64,000 bases of DNA from Arsenophonus sp. (GCA_052171275.1 CM125795.1:651557-715556), one strand, 5' to 3'; shown: positions 48,019-63,226, counted from the stretch's first letter. Numbers and translations: made by a program. The notes: generated by a model from the sequence alone, not told the origin.

Positions 48019-50607
48019 ATTAAATGAATATTAGATATTTCATTAATATTATAATCAAGATCTAATATAAAATATATTTATGATAAAAATTTATAAATCT
48101 AATAATCAAGGATTAAAAATATTTTTTTAACTTTACAGTATCATATTGATTCTTTAATAATTAAAAAATAAATTTATTTAATTATATTAATAACGGTTTT
48201 ACTATAAATTATAAATAATTTTATTTGATTAATTATAATATATTTACTAAAAATTTATTAAAATCTCTATTAAAATATATTAGAATAATATTTTAAAATA
48301 AGTTATCTGAAACTTTTTCAGAATAATTATATATTAAATTTATTATTAGTTACAATAATAAAACTAGATTTTATTTTTATCTAACAAACTTTCAATAGTA
48401 TGTAATTTCATTATAACTTACTATTAATAAATATTTTATATTATTTTTATTAACTTTATTATTAAATAAACATAACTTTTTATCTTATTTTATGTAAAAT
48501 AAGATAAATTAATAATGTCATTATATGATGTAATCTTCCAAATAGTTAAATATTATTTTTCTTAATTTAATAAACTATTTATTATTAATTGATAATAAAT
48601 CAAAATATATTTATATTTATAATTATATCAAATTATAAATTCATATTTTTTAAAAAATAATTAAAACAAATATATAATGTAAATAATTATAATTTAATTA
48701 TTCTGATTAAATATCTTTCTGTTAAAAACAGATAATTTATTACAATAAATCTTATTTTTAAAATATATTAATTTAAGGAGAATTTAAATATAATTCTCAT
48801 TTATTTTATTTTAATTAAATTAAAATAGTTATATGTAATCATTGTAAACAAACTAGTTATTGTTAATATTATTAAGATCTATCTTTATTGTCATAAAAAA
48901 GTAAGTAATTGGTTTTCTATATACTAATGTAAATAAAAAATCTTTTTATTATTGAATTATCTTGATTAGTTCAAGGATGATTATTTAATTAGTTTATATA
49001 AAGAACTAACTATATATAATTACGATAAATATCACCAATATAAAAATCCAATCGTTAGTACTTTTATATGCCTAAATAACAAGAGTTAAATAAAAAATAA
49101 AATGATAATAAAATTATTTTATATGTATATAACTTATGATAAAATAAATTATTCTAATAGTATTTTTTATTAATTATTTAATTGATATTATTACATCAGT
49201 TCTAAATTAACTTAAAATAATAACACTAAATATTAATAAATCATTCAAAATTATAATAAAATAACAACAAATAATATATTTATATTATCTGAATCATAAC
49301 ATCTCTATATTCTATAGAAATTAAGGTAAATTAAATATTAATAAGATAAATATTATCTTATTTATTGAATAAACTAACAAATTAACTTAATTTTTATCAT
49401 TGATATATGATATATATAAGTACTATATTGAATATAGTAAAGAATTTTAGTATGTTATTATAAAATAACAATATGATATCACAGTTTATATAGAATAATA
49501 GTAAAAATCTATTATTTTTAATATTTCAAAGAAAAAAATCTATTAAGTTAATATATTAATTTAATTAATATAATAGTAGTGCTATTTTGATATTTTTACT
49601 ATCATTCAATTATTATTATATATTTCTCAAATTAAAGATTCTTTTTTATTAATAATTATTTTTTTGAATTAAAGCTATTGATGATAATATCAATATATTA
49701 TACATATTTAATATGTATTAAATTTTTATGATATTTTTATATTAAAATAGTAGATAAAAATTAATCAATAAAATAAAGTTAAAGTTTATATTTTACTATT
49801 TTTTATTTTATTAGACAATAATTCTAGATAGTAAAGGAATTAATTCATTATGATAATAGATATTGAAGTTTATAATAATAACTCGACAAATAAAAAATAT
49901 AAATTTTATTTAAAACATCAATTTTAATGGTATTAAATAATATTTTAGTGCAATATTAATATTATTTTTTATATTTTAATTAATTAATAATATTTTTCAT
50001 AAAAATATGAATAACATTAAAAAATTCTATTAATTTATACTATAAATGCATTAGAAATAAAATGATCTAACTAAATACAATATGATAAGAAAATACTTAA
50101 AATTAACTTTACTTTATTAAAATTACAATAATAGTTCTAAACTATTTTGATTAATAATTTGATTTTAATATAAAGTATTTAAATAATCTATTTATTTCTA
50201 TAATTTATAATTATAAAACATTTTAAATTTAAATAAAAAACTTAAATTCATATTTTATTTAAAAGTAAGATTATCTCATTTTAATTTTATTATCATATAT
50301 GTAGATTAAATATATTTTACTAAATAAATATTTTTATTTTTAAAAAATTATCGTTTTATAGTTAATCTTTTTTAACAAAACTATTTTTTATTTTTATTTG
50401 CTATATAATAGTTTTTATTAAGATTAACTTTCTATAAAATAAAAAGTTCAAACAATTTAAAATACTTTCAGTAGATAATTTTTTGCTAGAATATATGTAT
50501 TAAATTGAAAACACTTAACCAGTGTTTTTTCAAAAAAAAAGTTTTTGTTACTAGATTTGCAAATATGTCTTGTTTGTTTTAAATCCTTTATAATATGAGA
50601 AAAAATA

Positions 50608-50889
50608 ATGTTAATTATTAATACAGAAATACGTAAAGAATGTGGTAAGGGTCCAAGTCGTCGTTTAAGTAAAAAAAATAAATTACCTGCTATTATCTAT
50701 GGTGGAAACAAAAAATCTATTTCTATTATACTTAATCATGATGAAATTATTAATCAAGAAAATAAAGTAGAATTTTATAAAGTATTAACTTTACTAATTA
50801 ATGGAGAAGAAAATAAAGTTAAAGTGCAGGCAGTTCAACGTCATTTATTTAAACCTAAGCTAATACACATAGATTTTTTACGGATTTAA
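50608..50889 (+). CDS. rplY: 50S ribosomal protein L25
   Basis: The 93-aa ORF is colinear with E. coli L25 (INxExRKExGKGxSRRL...NKxPAIIYGG...EFY...VQRHxxKPKLxHIDFxR). Confidence 0.95.
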   Translation: MLIINTEIRKECGKGPSRRLSKKNKLPAIIYGGNKKSISIILNHDEIINQENKVEFYKVLTLLINGEENKVKVQAVQRHLFKPKLIHIDFLRI

Positions 50890-50932
50890 TATTTTAAAAA
50901 TATTTTTTATAAATTAATAATTAAAAAAATTT

Positions 50933-50953
50933 TCTGTAATATTACAGATTTTT
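50933..50953 (+). terminator. Possible weak intrinsic terminator after rplY
   Basis: The palindrome tctgtaat|attacaga (an effective 6-bp stem with 2 G:C pairs) is preceded by an A-run and followed by ttttt, 44 nt after the rplY stop. It is weak, and similar structures are frequent in this background. Confidence 0.4.
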
Positions 50954-53900
50954 AACATTATCAATATTTTAAAATATCAAAATTTCTAATTAAGTTCGAT
51001 TATATATTTTAATTATTAAAATATTTACTGTTAGACAAAATGAATGAATTGATTATTTTAAATAAAAATACCTTAATAAAATAATAAAACAGTAAATTAA
51101 TTTTCAACCAAACAGTTATAAATTAATATTTAATTAATTATTTAAAAAGATTTATTTTGATATAATATATATAAACTTTTTTATAAATTTATAATTATTT
51201 TTTAAAAAAAATTAAGAATATTTTTCTTAAATCTGATAATTTTATATAAATATATTTAATTTAAGTTTTCTTAATGTTATCATCTTATTTATTTATTGTC
51301 AAGTTGTTAATTCAAAAGAATATATATAATTATTTATAGTTTATAGTAATCTTTTATTTTTTATTTTAATATTTATATATTTTAATCACTAATTTAAAAC
51401 CAATAAAATTATATAATTTACGTCAGATATATCTTTAAAAAAAAGTTAAATAATTTTATTTAAAAAAAATATTTATTTTTTTAGATTTATCTAAGTAATA
51501 ATATTAATATTTTGTATATTAATATAATATGTAGTAATTAATCCATTTAATTATTTATGTAACAAATGTATCCAATTATATCTATTTAACAAGACTATTA
51601 ATAAACTAATTTTATAATAGATAATAATTTTATAAAATAACAATTATAACTACTATTTTCTTTTCTTAATTTCTATTAATTCTTTGATTAATTTTTGATT
51701 TTTTAACTAAAAACGCTAAATATTTATTTTTAAAAAAAAATAAATATTATATAATTTTCTTATTTTTTTTAAAAAAAATCATTTTACTTAATAAAAATCA
51801 AGTTAGAATAATATATATTAATTGTTAATTATATTTTGATCAAGTTTTGCTGATATAAATAATTTAGAAAATATTTAGATCGATCATATTTATTTTTTAA
51901 TCTTTTATATATAAAGATATAATTATATTCAAATATTGATAATTTTCATGTTATTAAATTTATATTTATTTGGATGCAATATTTTACATGTATAGATATA
52001 TATAATCTATAATTAACAAAAATTATTAAATTAAATTATTTAATTAAATTAAAATATAATTTCTTAAAAAACTTATTAATATGATAAAATATAAAATCTT
52101 ATTTATTAGTAATTTTTTAATGTATTATATAATATATTAACTTATCTTCCTATTATAATAATTAATATTAAATATATTCAATATTAATTAACTCAGATAT
52201 TAAACAAACAATGTAAAATATAAAACTAATTTATAGTTTTGCTATCAAGTTATATAGAAATAAACTTTGATCAAAGCATAACTCTTATATTAATCATTGA
52301 AAATTTTTTTTGAATTATTCTATTCTTAATGAAAATAACTAATTATAGAAAATAATATATTAGATGATTGGTAAAATTTTCAAAACTATCGTGAACAAAT
52401 TTACTAGATTATAAATTAGTATGTATTGGTTTATATCATTTAATATTAATTACTTATTTTATGTTTAAGTAAATTAAATATATATTTATTTTTATTAATT
52501 TAATAGACTTAATGTCTAATTATTTAATTATTAGTTGACTTAATTATTTAGTTTTATTATTTTTTTATTTTCTACATTTTAATTACTTTGGTTATTAGAG
52601 ATAAAACAGCTATTGAAATTTCTTTATAAGCTATTTTTTTACTATAAGTTTATTGATTTTTTTATTTTATATTAATTAGTATTTATATTGTATCAAAATT
52701 TCTATTAGATCCACTATTTTTTTGTAAGTCTTTATTAGTTAATATTAAAAAAATAATGAAATAGCATGTAATTGATATTAATTTTTTAACTATAAAAAAT
52801 TATTTTTGAATAGAATTATTTTTTGATATTTTAGTTTTAAAAATCATGAAATTCAAACTGTTAATAATTTTATAAGCATTTTCTAAATATTTTATCGCAG
52901 CGGTTCATTAGTTCATATTTAATGTGCATATTGATTAAAAAATTTAATCAATAAATAATAATGAAATAAACTAATTATCCTATATTTTATCATATATGAT
53001 AGTAAGAAAATTTCTTAAAAGTTATGTGGATTATCTTGATAAAAATAAAATTTTAATATAAAATACATTAAAAAAAACTAATTATTTATCATCATTGATT
53101 AAATGTATATAAGAATTTTTTACTGAAATAAGTAAAAATAATATTCTTTATTGCTGTTTTTATATATAAACTTTACTACTTGAAATATAATAAAATATTT
53201 GCATTAAGATTAAATGTTTTGAAATAAAAAGATTGAATTCAATTAATATTCAATTGTAGGTTTTATTAAAAATAAATGAAATATATTTTATTTAATTTAT
53301 CATATAATTTTTCGTTTTATTTATATGAATAATATTAGTTTATAATAGAGAATTATTCTATTTTACTAAAATATTCAAATATAATAACTACTAATTTTAT
53401 TTATTTTGATCTTAATATATTTAACTATTATAATACTTTTATTATTATTTATATAATAAATTGTTTTATTTAAATATTAAAATAATTATTTTTGAATTAT
53501 TAATGAATTTAATTTAAATAGTTATATAATATATAAACTAATATTTTATGGTTTTATTTTCTTAAAATTAATAGTTTCAATAAAAGTTATAAGTAATAAT
53601 AAAAGTATGATTAGATTAAGAGATTAATTTATATATTTAATTCGTTAATAATATGTTATATAATAATGCTAATTATTTATTACTGAAATAATATTTCTAA
53701 TATAGAAAATTAAAATAATTTAAATAATAATAAATTTATTATTAAGAAATGCAAAGCATGCTTATATGAATGCATTAATTTAATTTTAGATCTATATTCT
53801 TATATTTGATTTATAGGAAATTAATATATATAATTATATTAATTTTATGACTATTTAGTTATTTTATTAAAAATATACATGTTTATATTTTTATAATAAA

Positions 53901-56900
53901 ATTAATAAAATAAAAAATGAAAATTTAATTTAATTTATGAAAATGTTATAATAAATATAGTTTATTTAATATTTTTATTTATATTAGAAAATTATTTTTT
54001 ATATAATTTTGATTAATTTTAATAAAATGATGATCTAGTAAATCATATTAGCATATATCTAAATAGATTAAATTTTCAATGTGAAAGATTTAAATAATTC
54101 TATCAAGGATTATTATCCTAACAAGATATATAATTTATCTATTATAATCATATATTTTTTATTTAATAAATAAAAAATATATAACAAAAATATAATTTCT
54201 TTGATTTTTTTTTAAAATAAATAATTTAATATTGTGTTTATTTTCTAATAATTATATTAATAATGTTTAATTTAAAATTTACTAAATATTTTTATTTATT
54301 TAAAATTAATTTAAATTTATTTATAATAATATTTATTATTACTTTTATCGTTGTTTATTTTCTCATATAATACATATATTATATAGTATGATATATGTAT
54401 TATAATAATTAGAAAATATAAATTACTATATGAAATATTAGCTTTTAAATTAATATTTAGCTGATTAAATATTTTATTAATCTTTTTTATCTGAAAGAAA
54501 ATAATTATAATAAATGTTAAAAATAAGTCTTATAAAAAAGACTAACTTATAATTTATAGAAAAATAAATGTTTAAAATTATACTTTAATTTTATGTTTTT
54601 TTACTTTTAATAATAAAAAATAAGTAGTTTATTTATCTAGATTTTTATTATTTAATATTATTTTTATATAAAAAATAAGAGGATGTATTAGATATTTTTA
54701 TTAAAAATAAAATTTAAAATAATAATTATTAACATAAATATAATTTTATTTAATATTTAATACAATTTATGAGCAAATTATTTGATTAACAATTTTAATT
54801 TAAAAATAAATGAATATTGTTATTCTATTAATTCGTGATATTTAAAGATATTATAAAAAATAAAAATTTTTTAAGAACAAACTAAAATTTATTTGATATT
54901 TTATTGATATTAAATTTATTAAGATTAAGCTCATACAATATATCTTTATAAGATGTTGAATAAAAAAAATAACTATTGCTTATATTTTAAAGTGATTTAT
55001 TAATTTCTATAATAATATATTTTTAATATACTTAAAAATATTAAAATATTTAAAAATAATATTTTTTACAAATTAATTTTATAAATCATAAAAGTAATTT
55101 ATTGGATAATGGAATAAACAAATTTGCTAACTAAAGCAATTTCTTAGTTAATTATTTAATAATATGATAAACTTAATTTTTAATTAATTTTAAGATATAA
55201 TCAAATGTCAATAAGATAATCTATATTAATATTTTTTTAAAGCGATTAAAAAAGAAAAGATATTAATTTTAAAAAGATTTTTTATAAAAGCCAATTATAT
55301 CACAAAAGTAATTTAATTCACTGTATATAAAAAAATAAGTTAGAATTAATATAATTTTATTATCATAATAGAAGTTTAATATATCTTTAAGTATAAATAT
55401 ACATTAACTTTTTAATTATAAGATAAAAGATTATTTTCGTTTCTTTAATAACCACGAAACATTATTACTTTGATATTATAAACTGAATGATTTTTATAAA
55501 ATAAAAACTAATAAATTTGAAATTAGAAGTAAAACTATCATTAGTTAAACTAGTTTTATCAAAAATCAATGATAAAATAAAAAAGGTTTTAAAAAAATTT
55601 TTTAATTTTTTAAAAAAATATGATAAAGAATTTAATTTTTAATAAATTTCTTTAAATATTCACTTTTTATTAAAAGTATTTAATAAATAGTTATTAGCTA
55701 AATTTATATTTATTTATTTTTAAAATAAAAATCTAAAAAAGCTAGTTAACTAATATTTATAATAATAAACACATTATATTAGAATTTTCTTTTATAAAAA
55801 AATAAAAATAGATTTATAGAAGCAAATTACTGATAAAAATCAAAAAATAATATTAATACTCTAGAAAATGAAAGATAGCAATATTCTCACAGAGATACTA
55901 GCTAAATTATTATTAGAAAATATTAAATTAATTTAAGTTTAAATATAACTTAAATTAATTCATTTTAACAAATAATTTTATCTCAATATTACAAATTAAT
56001 AATTTTGTAGTTTTTATTTCTGAATAATTAAATTTTGATATTTAAAAATTAAGTCATTATTTTTTAATATATTTTATTTTAATAAATACAATAAATTTTC
56101 ATATAGAATGATCTATATACTTTGTTCGTTTATTTAATAAAGTTTAAAGTTATTATTTTAACTATTATAATAATTAATAATTTTGCTACTTTTAATAAAA
56201 TTAATTATGTTAGTTTGATTATTTTAGATTAATATTTTTTTCTTTATCTATAATATAAGCTTATTAGATATAATATATCCTAATTGTAATAATATTACTA
56301 CTTCTAAATAAAATAAGTTATTATTTATTATAGTTATGCAATAAAGTGATATGATAACGATTAAAATTGTTTATGTATTTTAAAATATAGTTAATATATA
56401 TTATTAATATTATTTTAATTTTTGATGTTTCTTTTATATTATTTAGTTGCAATAAGTATATTAATTATCAAATTTATAAATTCAATATCAAATATTCATT
56501 TAATTTAGTATTAAATAATTTTATATTATATAAAATTATTTAATTAAAAAAATAAAATAGCTAATTTTAATTTAATTACATATACTAGATAATTAAATTA
56601 TTTTAATTAAGATATGTATAAAACTATTAAAAATTGAATCAAAAACTTAATTATAAATTATTTTAAATAGATACTTTAAATTAATTTTTATTAAAAAATT
56701 ACTTTTTAAAGTAATTTAAAATATTTTAATATAATAAATTTAATATATATTGAATAATGTTATTAAATAATTAACAATTAAAAATTATTAATAAAGATAT
56801 TAATAGTTTATTTTATGATTTAATCAATCAGATAAAACTGATTATATAATTTATATTTTTATTAGTAATTAAAAAATATACCATACAAATATGTTTTATT

Positions 56901-57249
56901 TTATATAAAAAGTTAAATTTCTATATTAATAAATGAATTTATTATTATATGTAAAAATAATTTTTTAGAATATTCTATTCGAAAATAATAATTAATATAT
57001 TTATAGATAATAAATTATTTTAAATTGTTCTTAATCCTAATCTTAAAATAAGCATCATTTTTTCATATAAATTTATTTATTTACTTATTTATAAGTAAGA
57101 ATATGAGAAAATATTCATATTAGTTAAATTTATTTTACTTGAATGAGAAATTTTATTATAAATATATGTATATTTATACAATATTAATTAAAATTCTTTG
57201 AGAGAATGCCATTTATTAATTTACTATATAAAAGATTGATTAATTTATT

Positions 57250-57290
57250 AATTATATTTAATATAAAGAATGTTTATATTAAATATAATT
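57250..57290. repeat. Perfect inverted repeat, 18-bp arms, 5-nt spacer (A/T only)
   Basis: The sequence is aattatatttaatataaa / gaatg / tttatattaaatataatt. All pairs were checked by hand. Confidence 0.8.
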
Positions 57291-57678
57291 TACTTGAATA
57301 TTAGTATTTTAACTAGAAAATCATAAAATCAATATCAATAAGAATAATATAATAAATATACATATGAACGTTTATTCATTTTGATATAAATAGTTAATAT
57401 AGTCATCATATTTGTAATATTAAAAATATCAACTTAGTAATTACAAAATATAATAACTAATTATTTAGGTATTTTAACAGTAATTAAAAGGATTTTTATA
57501 TTATAATAATAAAATATACGTTGATTTTACTTATAAATTATTATCTTTTTATTTTAAATGGCTTATTAAAAATATTTTAATAAAATACAAATAATTAAAT
57601 ACCTTAATATTATTTTTTAAAAATTAAACTATTATATATATAAAATATAATTATATTTACACGGTTTTAGGGAGAGGA

Positions 57679-59739
57679 ATGATTATTCCAGTAGCAGAAA
57701 AACAACCACATAAAATGGTATTACATGGTGACACTCGTATTGATAATTATTATTGGTTACGTGATGATACGAGAAAAAATAAAAAAATTATCAAATATTT
57801 AATTCAAGAAAATCAATATACAAATACAGTATTAAAATCTGGCATTTCTTTAAAAAAACAATTATTTGCAGAAATGAGTGCTCGTATAGAACAACAAGAT
57901 AAATCTGTACCTTATCTTTATAATGGTTATATTTATCAGATTTTTTATCAAAATGGTAAAGAATATCCAATTTATCGACGTAAACAGATTAATAAAAATG
58001 CTATTTGGCAAATATTAGTTAATGGTAATGAACGTGCTAATGGACATCAATTTTATACATTAGATAGTATTTCTATTTCTGATGATAATCAACATTTGGC
58101 AATATCTGAGGATTTTCAAGGACGACGTCAGTTTCAGATTTCATTTAGACAATTAAATAATAAAAAGTGGCAAAATTCTATAATTAAAAATACTTCTGGT
58201 AATATTGTATGGGCTAACGATAGTCATATAATTTATTATGTTCGTAATCATCCAAAAACACTTTTAGCATATCAAATATATTGCCATTACTATGGGAAAA
58301 AAGATATTAAAGATAAAAAAATTTATCAGGAAAATGATGATAGATTTTACTTAAGCATAAAAAAAAGTAGTTCAAAAAACTATATTTTGATATGTATTTC
58401 TAATATAGAAACATCAGAATATCGATTAATAAATGCTAATAATTTAACTGAAACTCCTAAAATATTTTTAGCTCGTCAAGCTGGACATGAATATGAATTA
58501 GATCATTTTCACGATCATTTCTATATTCGATCTAATTATCAATCTAAACAATTTGGTTTATATGTTACTCAATCTATTGAAAAACCTTGGAAAACAATAA
58601 TATTGCCAAATAAAGATATTGATTTAGAACATTTTTATACTTTTAATAAATACTTAGTTATTGAAGAACGTCATAACGGATTAGTTAATATTCGTCAAAT
58701 AAACTGGAAAACAAAACAGCAAAATAATATTCAATTTGATGAATCCATATATAGTGCATGGATTGGTTACAATCCAGAACCTAATAGCGATATTTTACGT
58801 TATGGTTACTCATCATTAATTACGCCAATATCAATTATGCAGATAAATATGTTGACTCAGAAATGTGAATTATTAAAAAAACAGCGAGTATATGGATTTG
58901 ATAAATCACTTTATTTTAGTGAACGTATATGGATAGAAGTGAGGGACGGAACAAAAGTACCAGTTTCATTGGTTTATCGCAAAGATTTATGGAAAAAATT
59001 TGAAAATCCTATTTTAATTTATGGTTATGGCGCTTATGGTATTAATTTAGATCCGATTTTTAGTTCTACGCGATTAAGTTTACTAGATAGAGGGTTTATA
59101 TATGCATTAATACATGTTCGTGGTGGTGGTGATTTAGGTAAAGATTGGTATCAATATGGAAAGCTTAAAAATAAAGTTAATAGTTTTAATGATTTTATTG
59201 ATGTAACTAAAATTTTGATTCAAAATGGTTATTGTAGTAAAAAACGAGTATATGCAATGGGAGCTAGTGCTGGTGGTTTACTAGTAACAGGAGTAATTAA
59301 TCAAGAACCGGAACTTTATCGAGGAATTATTGCTCAAGTTCCTTTTGTTGATGTTATAACAACAATGCTTGATTCTTCTATTCCATTAACAACTAGAGAA
59401 TATGATGAATGGGGTAATCCTGCTGAAAAAGAAGTTTATTTTAGACTAAAATCTTATAGTCCTTATGATAATATTAAACGTCAACATTATCCAAATTTAC
59501 TGGTTACTACAAGTCTATATGATTCACAAGTACAATATTGGGAACCTGTAAAATTCGTAGCTAAATTAAGAGAATATAAAATTAATAACACTATATTATT
59601 GCTAAAAATAAATATGAAAGCAGGTCATGATGGTAGAGTTGGTCGCTTTAATCAATTAAAAGATATAGCGTTGCAATATTCTTTTATTTTAATGCTAGAC
59701 GATAATAAGAAATATTTCGCTGATTTTGATTTTGAGTAA
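57679..59739 (+). CDS. ptrB: Oligopeptidase B (protease II), S9A serine peptidase
   Basis: The 686-aa ORF is colinear with E. coli PtrB (HGDTRIDNYYWLRDDTR, FVWANDS, RYGYSS, VPVSLVY, LLDRGFxYAxxHVRGGG). The catalytic Ser is in GASAGG, Asp in LYDSQVQYWEP and His in AGHDG. A strong SD (GGGAGAGG) lies 3-10 nt upstream. Confidence 0.92.
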   Translation: MIIPVAEKQPHKMVLHGDTRIDNYYWLRDDTRKNKKIIKYLIQENQYTNTVLKSGISLKKQLFAEMSARIEQQDKSVPYLYNGYIYQIFYQNGKEYPIYRRKQINKNAIWQILVNGNERANGHQFYTLDSISISDDNQHLAISEDFQGRRQFQISFRQLNNKKWQNSIIKNTSGNIVWANDSHIIYYVRNHPKTLLAYQIYCHYYGKKDIKDKKIYQENDDRFYLSIKKSSSKNYILICISNIETSEYRLINANNLTETPKIFLARQAGHEYELDHFHDHFYIRSNYQSKQFGLYVTQSIEKPWKTIILPNKDIDLEHFYTFNKYLVIEERHNGLVNIRQINWKTKQQNNIQFDESIYSAWIGYNPEPNSDILRYGYSSLITPISIMQINMLTQKCELLKKQRVYGFDKSLYFSERIWIEVRDGTKVPVSLVYRKDLWKKFENPILIYGYGAYGINLDPIFSSTRLSLLDRGFIYALIHVRGGGDLGKDWYQYGKLKNKVNSFNDFIDVTKILIQNGYCSKKRVYAMGASAGGLLVTGVINQEPELYRGIIAQVPFVDVITTMLDSSIPLTTREYDEWGNPAEKEVYFRLKSYSPYDNIKRQHYPNLLVTTSLYDSQVQYWEPVKFVAKLREYKINNTILLLKINMKAGHDGRVGRFNQLKDIALQYSFILMLDDNKKYFADFDFE

Positions 59740-60879
59740 TCTTTATAGGTCTTATATAGGAATTAAGGTTAAATAATAAATTTATATTTATACGAGATAA
59801 TTCATTGAATTTAATAATTTTATTATATTTTGTAATTATATAATAACTTTATATGATTTAAGTTATCTAAAAGATAATAAAAAAATTAATATCATTTTTT
59901 AAATATATTTTCTATATTTTATTTATGCACTTAAGAATACTAAATTATTATTTAATAATAATATTATAGATAAATTAATTCACTTTAAATATTATTCCTT
60001 AATAAAAAAAATAAATATTTTTATGATTAAATTGCATAATTTTATTATATTTTACATTAAATTTTTGTAATCTTTTTATTAGACTTATTTCATAATTAAA
60101 TAAAATATATATTTAGACTATAAGAAAATGTTAATAATAATCTCTAGTAGTTATTTTTATTAAATTAATTGATATAATAATCTTTATTTATTTATCAATT
60201 AATTTTTTATATATTAGATTATATTACATTATAGCACCTAAATTAATTAATAATTGAATTAGTTTTATAAATAATAGTAATAATAATTGTAATTGATTGA
60301 TAAAGTTATTCATTATATCTTTCATGATTAAATATCAATAAATTTTTAAATAAATTACTATTAATAATAAATATATTATATTCATTATTATAAGCAAATA
60401 TTTAATTATATAAAATAATTTATTATGATAAATTTTATTACTATATTATAACAAATAAAGTAATATAAATAATCAAAAATTATTATATTTGATATTATTT
60501 AATATGCTATATATGTTTTTTATTAAAATAAAAACATTAAAGCGTTTAAGTAAAATTACTTAAGTTCATTTTCAATATTAAATAAATAATTTATAATTTA
60601 AAAGTCTTTATTTTAATATCTTAAATTATTTTTATAAAAGATACTTTATCTAAAAATTATTTATTTTAATAAATTAATTAATATTATTTTATATATTTTA
60701 TATTAAATAATTATAGTTGCATATTAGACAATGATATGGATATTAATCTATTTGAGATATAAAGTATTAGTTTTTACGTTATTTTTTTATTTTTAAGAAA
60801 AAAATAAAAATTGGTTTTTAGTATTAATTAGAAATTAATAATTTCTATATTAATATGAATTCTATTAATTTTAAATTTA

Positions 60880-60925
60880 AATATTTAATAATTAATTAAT
60901 TAAATTTAATTAATTATTAAATATT
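60880..60925. repeat. Perfect inverted repeat, 20-bp arms, 6-nt spacer (A/T only)
   Basis: The sequence is aatatttaataattaattaa / ttaaat / ttaattaattattaaatatt. Pairs were checked by hand. It is followed directly by a second 11-bp hairpin (taatagataat atc attatctatta). Confidence 0.8.
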
Positions 60926-63167
60926 AATAGATAATATCATTATCTATTAATATATAGAATTAAAATAAAAATAAAAATAATTATTATTTTTAATATTATT
61001 TAATATTGATAATATAATACTAAATTGTAATAATTTTATTATAATTGCTTTATATGATAAAATCATAAACTATATATTAGTTATATTTTATTATTTCAAT
61101 AAATTTAAAATATTCATAAAAGCTAAAAAATAAAATAATATTATATAAAATACATAATATATTAATTTTAATATCAATTAATTCTTATTTTTGAAACAAA
61201 AAGATAAAATTTAAAATTATTTTAGTAATTTGATTAGCTATTCAGATATTTTAATAAAAATAATTATAATAATATTTTATATATATAAATTTATCATTTT
61301 ATGATAGAAGAATCTATATTGAAAAGAAATTAAATATAATAATTTATTAAATAATAATAAATATATTAAAAATAAGTCAAAATTAAAATTGATAGATAAT
61401 TGATTTTATCGTATATATAATTTTATCTAAAATAGAAAATTATCTTATAAAAATAAATATATATTATATAAACTTTTGAACTGAATTTTAAATTATATTT
61501 AAATAATAATGATTTATTTTGATAATATACATATATTTCTTATTGTATATTGAAAATATCAATTTTATTATTATTTACTATTCATAAACGAGTTTTATGG
61601 TTAATATTAAAACAAAAATTATTTTAAAAAAAATATTATATAAACGTATAAGCTATTTGGATAAGATAGATTTAAGTATAAAATAAAAATAATATTATAT
61701 ATTTTATTCTATATATAAAGTTCATTAGTAAAATTATAAATTTTGCAATAAATTGAAATGAAAATAATAAAGTGGTATTATATTTTTTTTAAAATGGTTA
61801 TTTATTTTAAATATTTTAAAATAGAAAGTCATTAATAAAATAAATAAAAAAATCTAATTTTATTTTAATTGATATTTATTAAATGAATTAATAATAAAAT
61901 AAATTTATTATTATAAATAAAAATTTTTGATAATATTAATGATGTTATCAAAAGAAATAAAATTACTTATATGTTATATATTAGTTAATTATTTAAAAAT
62001 TTTTTAATTAATTAATCTGAAAAGTTTTTTATATTTTAATTAAATTAAGATATTATATATACTATATAAAATATATAATCTAGTATTAATTTAATAAAAT
62101 AATTTTTTTATAAAAAATACTAAATATATTTTATAATTTATTTAGCTAATAATAAAAAAATTAAATAATTATCATCATAGAATTGAATAGATTTAATTAA
62201 ACATAAATATAACTTTTGTTTAAAGTAATAATTATTCTAAAAATAATAAATATTAGAAAATCAAATAAAATAAAAAGTAAATTAATAAATTTAATATTTG
62301 ATTAAATAATAGTTAATTAAAAATTAATAATATAGTTTGTTAACATATAATGGAATATATTTTATTTTGATAAGAATATAACATTATTTTTTATTATTAA
62401 TAAAATAATTAAAATACGATTAATTTTTATTAAATATACGTTTATTTAATTTAAACTTATAATTAATTTTTAAGTTTTATAATAAATGATTAAATATAAA
62501 AACTTTTATATCGTTCATTGTGTAAGATAAATATATAATTTTATTATACATAGCATATTATATTAATAAAAACTTTCATAATTATAAGTAATGAGATTAC
62601 TGTATAAAAAAATATAATTTTATACAAAAAATATATGAGAAAAGTATCTAGATTAAATTCATTGCATATAACTTTATATATTTAATAAAGCTTAAATTAA
62701 AACTTTTAAATAATACAATATTCCAGATTTAATAAAACAATAAATTATAGATTTAACTAATAAAATATTTTTTATAAATATGAATAAAATAATTTTAAAA
62801 AATATATTTATAAATATTATTCATATAATAAAATAGTTAAATAATCATGTTGTTAAATTTAATATACATATGTTAGAAAACATAGTTTGACTAAGAAAGA
62901 ATATAGAAACTAATTTATTATTAATAAATAAAGATAAAATATTTAATAAAAAATAAATTGTTATTAATTATGGTTTATTTTATTAATTTAATATATATAA
63001 AATTATTTTATATATTATAATTAATTAATAAAAATATTAAAAAATTATAAAAATAAATTCTTAAATAAAGAATTCTTTATAAAATTTTTAATTGAATATT
63101 TTAATAAAAGTATGTTTTGGTAAAATTTAATTAATCATAAATAAAAACTAAAAGTTAAAATTTAAAT

Positions 63168-63226
63168 ATAAATAATGATTATATTAAATTTTAATGATAT
63201 TCAAATTTAATATAATCATTATTTAT
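63168..63226. repeat. Perfect inverted repeat, 24-bp arms, 11-nt spacer
   Basis: The sequence is ataaataatgattatattaaattt / taatgatattc / aaatttaatataatcattatttat. All 24 pairs were checked by hand. Confidence 0.9.

Larger units (their letters stand above)
41675..50607. other. A/T-saturated non-coding tract (8.9-kb gene desert)
   Basis: There is no ORF of 60 aa or more on either strand and no recognisable RNA gene. It contains the longest inverted repeat of the window (46194-46295). Confidence 0.6.
50890..57678. other. A/T-saturated non-coding tract (6.8-kb gene desert)
   Basis: There is no ORF of 60 aa or more on either strand and nothing recognisable. Confidence 0.6.

Noticed and set aside
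50508-50540. A hairpin followed by a T-run and A9 (aaaacact-taacc-agtgtttt tt c aaaaaaaaa) ~75 nt upstream of rplY, considered as a terminator or attenuator.
   Set aside because: The 8-bp stem has only two G:C pairs, and comparable structures are common by chance here. No upstream gene remains for it to terminate. I also could not place a -35/-10 pair with acceptable spacing for rplY (TATAAT at 50589-50594 has no good -35 at 16-18 bp).
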